Below are positions 27,666 through 32,000 of a DNA stretch of 32,000 nucleotides, in pieces. The translations under genes were made by a program, and so were the position numbers. Source of the stretch: an uncultured Clostridia bacterium (GTDB lineage Bacteria; Bacillota; Clostridia; TANB77; CAG-508); NCBI GenBank assembly GCA_948919095.1, contig CAQYCU010000006.1:13944-45943 (forward strand), in the 5' to 3' direction. Positions within the stretch are counted from its first letter, which is position 1, and each line of letters begins with the position of its first letter. The notes under the pieces are model-generated. The model saw nothing but the letters and a program-made list of their open reading frames with translations, was not told the origin of the DNA and did no database searches.

Positions 27666-29049
27666 TTTCTACTTCTCCATTCTTAATATCTTTGATAACA
27701 TATCCCTTTTCTCTTATTTTTTCTCTAATTTCATCTGCTTTACTATAATCCTTATTTTCCTTAGCTTGTTTTCTTTCTTCTATTAACCTATATATTTCTT
27801 CAGGAATATCACTTGTATTTTCTTCAAGATATTTAGCAGAGTTTTCTAAGTCTAGTCCTAATACTTCATCAAATTTTAGTAATAATTTTGCAATTTTTTT
27901 TGATTTAGTATTCTTTAATGCTTCCCATACAATTCCTATTGCTTTTGGCATATTTAAGTCATCATTAATTGCTTCATGAAATTTTTCTTCATATTCAGTA
28001 ATTATAGTGTCATCGATGTCATCGTCTGAACTTAAATGACCTATATAACTTTGGCGCATTCTATTTAAAGCTACTTGACTTGCTTTTACACCATCAAATG
28101 TAAAGTTTAGTTTATTTCTGTAATGAGCACTAAAGCAAAATAATTTATATGCAAGTGGCTCAATTCCTTTTTCTATCAAATCTGAAACTGTATAAATGTT
28201 GTTTAGTGATTTTGACATTTTGCCACCATCTATAAGTAAGAATTCACAATGCATCCATGTGTTAACTGGACTATGTCCAAAAGCGCCTTTGCATTGTGCT
28301 ATCTCATTTTCATGATGCACTGGTATATGGTCAACTCCACCAGTATGTATATCAAAGTGTTCTCCTAAAAAACGTCTACTCATTGCAGAACATTCTATAT
28401 GCCATCCTGGGTAGGATTTTCCCCATGGACTATCCCATTTCATTATATGATTTTCTGGAGCTTTTATCCAGATAGCGAAATCATAAGGATTTCGCTTTTC
28501 TGGGTCCACTTCTATTCTTGCTCCTGCTTCCTGACCAGTTACTTCATTATTTGAAAGTACAGGATATTTATCTAATTTTGAAACATCAAAGTAGATTCCT
28601 TTGCTAGTTTCGTATCCATATCCATTTTTTATTATTTCCTGTACCATTTCAAGCATTTGTGAAATATTATCAGTTGCCTTTGTAATTGTTTCTACTTTGT
28701 CAATGTTAAGTCTTTCTATGTCATTAATAAATGCTTTTGTATAGAATTCTGCTATTTCATAAGGATTTTTTCCTTCTTTTCTTGCTGCTTTCTCCATCTT
28801 GTCTTCGCCAGTGTCTGCATCAGAAGTTAAATGTCCAACATCTGTTATATTCATTACATGATTTAATTTGTATCCATTATATTTAAACATTCTCCTTAAA
28901 CTATCCATAAAAAGATATGTTCTGAAGTTTCCTATTGATGCAAAATTGTATACTGTAGGTCCACAAGTATATATTTTTACTTCGTTTTTCTTTATAGGTT
29001 TGAATTCTTCTTTTGTATGTGTTTGTGTATTATATAAGTTAATTTTCAA
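27652..29049 (-). CDS. cysS: Cysteinyl-tRNA synthetase
   Basis: VKIYTCGPTVYNFASIGNFRTYLFMDSLRR; NITDVGHLTSDADTGEDKMEK; GWHIECSAMS; DIHTGGVDHIPVHHENEIAQ; KMSKSLNN. Confidence 0.97.
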   Translation of the reverse strand: MKINLYNTQTHTKEEFKPIKKNEVKIYTCGPTVYNFASIGNFRTYLFMDSLRRMFKYNGYKLNHVMNITDVGHLTSDADTGEDKMEKAARKEGKNPYEIAEFYTKAFINDIERLNIDKVETITKATDNISQMLEMVQEIIKNGYGYETSKGIYFDVSKLDKYPVLSNNEVTGQEAGARIEVDPEKRNPYDFAIWIKAPENHIMKWDSPWGKSYPGWHIECSAMSRRFLGEHFDIHTGGVDHIPVHHENEIAQCKGAFGHSPVNTWMHCEFLLIDGGKMSKSLNNIYTVSDLIEKGIEPLAYKLFCFSAHYRNKLNFTFDGVKASQVALNRMRQSYIGHLSSDDDIDDTIITEYEEKFHEAINDDLNMPKAIGIVWEALKNTKSKKIAKLLLKFDEVLGLDLENSAKYLEENTSDIPEEIYRLIEERKQAKENKDYSKADEIREKIREKGYVIKDIKNGEVEIERV

Positions 29050-29078
29050 TGTATTAACCTTCCTCTCTATTTATAAAA

Positions 29079-31991
29079 TTATGTTTCATTTGTTGGGGTT
29101 GTTGTTGGTTCAGGTGTTCCTGTTGACTCTACTGTTTCGTTTGTCGTTGTGTTTCCTGTTACTGTATTACCTGTTGTTTCGTTTGTAGTTGTATTTCCTG
29201 TTGTATTTCCTCCTGGAGTAGTAGTTCCCACTTGATTTACTGTTATTACAATTTCAGCGCCTTCTGGAGCTTGTGTTGCACTTTGTTTTAATACTATTCC
29301 CTTCGGCTTGTTAATCTCTTCACCTTTTTCAACTTTTACTGTATAGCCAGCAGCTTTTAAAAGCTCTGTTGCTTCTTTTTGAGTTTTTCCAACTACATTT
29401 GGTACAAATTTTTGTGGAGCGCTTGTGTGAACATCACAATTCTCAGTTGGAATTTCTTCTGATACTTCTAGTCTTGGTGTCCAGGTTGCATTCTTTTCAG
29501 TATCAATTACCCTTCCAAATACTTTCTCCTCTGTATCTGTACAAAATTCTGTTGCAACTTTTCCAGTTTCTTTACATATTTTTAGTTTTTCATGTCCTTC
29601 GCACGCTGCTGGAATATTATCTGATGCAAATATTTCTGAATATGTATCTGTACAATGCTCTGTTGCTCTTCTTCCTGTTTCTTTACATATTGATACAGTT
29701 GATATTCCCTCTGGTTTATTAAATTTTTTCACTTCTAAGCCTTCATGCACTTTTTTCATTGCGTTAAACCATATCTTTGATGCTGGGTTACTCATTGTAT
29801 ATGTAGCTCTATTATCATCATTTCCATACCAACATGCTGTAGCATAATAAGGTGTCATTCCACAAAACCATCTATCTAAGTAATCTGATGTTGAACCAGT
29901 TTTTCCAGCTACATCCATATTACCTAAGGTTCTTCCATATTGCCATGCTGTTCCCCCTGCTTCAAGAGCACCATGTAAAAGTGAAGTTTCAACATAAGCA
30001 TTTTGTTCTGTCATAACTCTCGTTTTTTCTTGACTTGGCTCAATTATTATATTTCCATTTTTGTCAACTACTTTTGTATAGAATGTAGGTGTTATATATA
30101 CTCCTCCATTTGCTAGCATTGCATATCCTGCTGCCATTTGAACTGTTGATACCTCAACAGTTCCAAGTGCCATACTTAATCCAGCTTTATCTCCATCTAC
30201 TGATATCCCTATCTTCTTTAGGAACTCTACCGATTTGTCTATTCCTAGTATTGATAAAAGTTTTACCTCTGGAACATTACATGAATATTTTAACACGCTT
30301 CTCATAGTTTCAACGTTATGATATCCTCCACTATTATTAACAGTATAATTTTTACCAAAAGTTGTTCTAATATCATAAAATACTGTTGAAGGAGTTACAG
30401 CTTTATTTTCTAATGCTGGTGCAACTACGCCAAGTGGTTTGAATGATGAGCCTCCCTGTCTTTTTGTTAAGGCTCTGTTAAGTCCTAGAGTGTTTTGGTC
30501 TTTTCCAAGACCACCATATTCAGCAACTACATATCCAGTAGATGGCTCAATTACACACATTGCTGATTGACCTGAAAGGTCTCCATCTCTTCCTTTATAT
30601 TTTGCACCTTTTAATATGTATTGAGGGTCTTCATATACTTCCTTTATTTTATTTTGCATATCCATATTAACTGTTGTATATATTGAATATCCACTGCTTA
30701 TAAGTTGCTCCCTAGCTTCATCATATGATATATCTTTTTTATCCGATAATTCTCTTGCAATTTGGTCTATTGCTGCTGATGTATGGAAATTCAAATCCTT
30801 ATTTCCATTTGATAATTTTCCTTTTTCAAATTTTAATCCTTCATTTACTTGGTTCTTTGCTTCATTATATTCATCATAATTTATTTTTCCTAATTCATGC
30901 ATTTTATCAAGAACAGTAATTGTTCTCTTTTTTACTTTTTCTGTAATGTCGTCTTTTGAATTAAATACGTTATAGTTACTAGGTGAATGATTTATTCCCG
31001 CAATAAATGCTGATTCTGCTATACTTAAGTCTTTTGCTGATTTGCTAAAATAATATACTGATGCTGATTCTACACCATGTATTTCAAGGCCTTCATCTGT
31101 TCCTAAATAAATTCTATTCAAATATCTTTGTAATATTTGGTCTTTATCTATCATTTTTTCAACTTGATATGCACGTGACCATTCTCTTATTTTTCTTTGA
31201 ATTCCTTCAATTCCAGAACGTTCATTGTCTTTCATGGTTATCTTTATTAGTTGTTGTGTTATTGAACTTCCACCAAATGATGCACTTTTACCAGTTAGTT
31301 TTGAAGTTATGTATTTAAATATAGCATATGCAGTTCTTTGAACGTCAATACCTTTGTGTTGGTAAAATCTTTCATCTTCTATTGAAATAAAAGCGCCAGG
31401 CAATTTTCCCATTTCATTTAGGTTTATTTTTTTATTTATCTCATCTCCTGTCAGTCTAACTAATTCATTTCCATCTTTGTCATATACTACAGCTCCTGCG
31501 TCTGCTAATAGTTCGTCTTCTGTAATTGCCCATTTGTCTGTTTTTAATATTGCATAAATACATGCAAACCCAGCAACTATTGCAATAACAAACAATATAA
31601 ATAATGAAAGTATTATTCTTTTTAATACTTTATGTTTTTTCTTTCCTTTTTTTTCTTTTTTCTTTTTCTTGTTTATTTTTTTCATATTTTTTTTCACTTC
31701 TTTATCGTCCTCTATTGAACTTTCATCGTCAACCTTTAATATCTTTGTTTCATCGTCTATACTATCTTTTTTTTCTTCCTTGTAAATCTTTGTTGTGTCC
31801 TTATCTTCTAAAAGGTCTGTTGTTGTTTTTAGTTGTATATATCCATCTGTATCTTCTTTTAAGTCTTTAAGTATTTCTTCTTTTAAATTTTCTTCTTTCT
31901 TATCTTCAATTGTTTCTTTTTCATTAATTTCACTGTCTACTTTTTTGTTCTTCTCTTTCTTTTTCTCTCTTTCCTTTGGTTTGTTTTTCAA
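29079..31991 (-). CDS. Class A penicillin-binding protein (PBP1A-like) with one C-terminal PASTA domain
   Basis: Transglycosylase: FISIEDERFYQHKGIDVQRTAYAI, GGSSITQQLIKITMKDNERSGIEGIQRKIREWSRAYQVEKM. Transpeptidase: RQGGSSFKPLG, VAGKTGSTSDYLDRWFCG. PASTA: VPNVVGKTQKEATELLKAAGYTVKV. Followed by a Thr/Asn/Gly tail. Confidence 0.95.
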   Translation of the reverse strand: MKNKPKEREKKKEKNKKVDSEINEKETIEDKKEENLKEEILKDLKEDTDGYIQLKTTTDLLEDKDTTKIYKEEKKDSIDDETKILKVDDESSIEDDKEVKKNMKKINKKKKKEKKGKKKHKVLKRIILSLFILFVIAIVAGFACIYAILKTDKWAITEDELLADAGAVVYDKDGNELVRLTGDEINKKINLNEMGKLPGAFISIEDERFYQHKGIDVQRTAYAIFKYITSKLTGKSASFGGSSITQQLIKITMKDNERSGIEGIQRKIREWSRAYQVEKMIDKDQILQRYLNRIYLGTDEGLEIHGVESASVYYFSKSAKDLSIAESAFIAGINHSPSNYNVFNSKDDITEKVKKRTITVLDKMHELGKINYDEYNEAKNQVNEGLKFEKGKLSNGNKDLNFHTSAAIDQIARELSDKKDISYDEAREQLISSGYSIYTTVNMDMQNKIKEVYEDPQYILKGAKYKGRDGDLSGQSAMCVIEPSTGYVVAEYGGLGKDQNTLGLNRALTKRQGGSSFKPLGVVAPALENKAVTPSTVFYDIRTTFGKNYTVNNSGGYHNVETMRSVLKYSCNVPEVKLLSILGIDKSVEFLKKIGISVDGDKAGLSMALGTVEVSTVQMAAGYAMLANGGVYITPTFYTKVVDKNGNIIIEPSQEKTRVMTEQNAYVETSLLHGALEAGGTAWQYGRTLGNMDVAGKTGSTSDYLDRWFCGMTPYYATACWYGNDDNRATYTMSNPASKIWFNAMKKVHEGLEVKKFNKPEGISTVSICKETGRRATEHCTDTYSEIFASDNIPAACEGHEKLKICKETGKVATEFCTDTEEKVFGRVIDTEKNATWTPRLEVSEEIPTENCDVHTSAPQKFVPNVVGKTQKEATELLKAAGYTVKVEKGEEINKPKGIVLKQSATQAPEGAEIVITVNQVGTTTPGGNTTGNTTTNETTGNTVTGNTTTNETVESTGTPEPTTTPTNET

Positions 31992-32000
31992 TATTTCATC

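Noticed and set aside
1-32000. Complete prophage, transposon, toxin-antitoxin or defence island
   Set aside because: No integrase, transposase, terminase, restriction or Cas proteins are present. The only defence or toxin-like trace is the deleted HipA-like fragment.

Overview
This is a low-GC window that looks like a Clostridia or Firmicutes genome, almost entirely minus-strand housekeeping genes. In coordinate order: lysC (partial), ackA, pta, an RluA-type pseudouridine synthase, an AAA+/DUF4143 ATPase, a deleted HipA-like kinase remnant, secreted/surface ORFs, RNase P RNA (rnpB), gpsA-plsY-der, a polytopic membrane protein, ileS, an MFS transporter, a D-Ala-D-Ala carboxypeptidase (the only well-supported plus-strand gene), a metallophosphoesterase, a compositionally foreign HIT-domain gene, a histidine phosphatase, ftsH, a DUF1189-like protein, cysS and a class A PBP with a PASTA domain. 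The strongest unusual signal is recoding-like. Two otherwise intact genes are broken by three +1 frame shifts: the DUF4143 ATPase twice and the D-Ala-D-Ala carboxypeptidase once. In all three the zero-frame codon at the break is CGG, giving the quadruplets CGGT, CGGA and CGGA. My hand scan of the remaining native-looking genes, very roughly 9,000 codons, found no other in-frame CGG, although CGG is common out of frame. The only other in-frame CGG is in the higher-GC HIT gene. This suggests CGG is unassigned or poorly decoded in this lineage and may act as a +1 frameshift site, for example CGGN read with C skipped as Gly GGN. Systematic assembly error or true frameshift mutation must be excluded first. 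No CRISPR array, tRNA or complete mobile element was seen.
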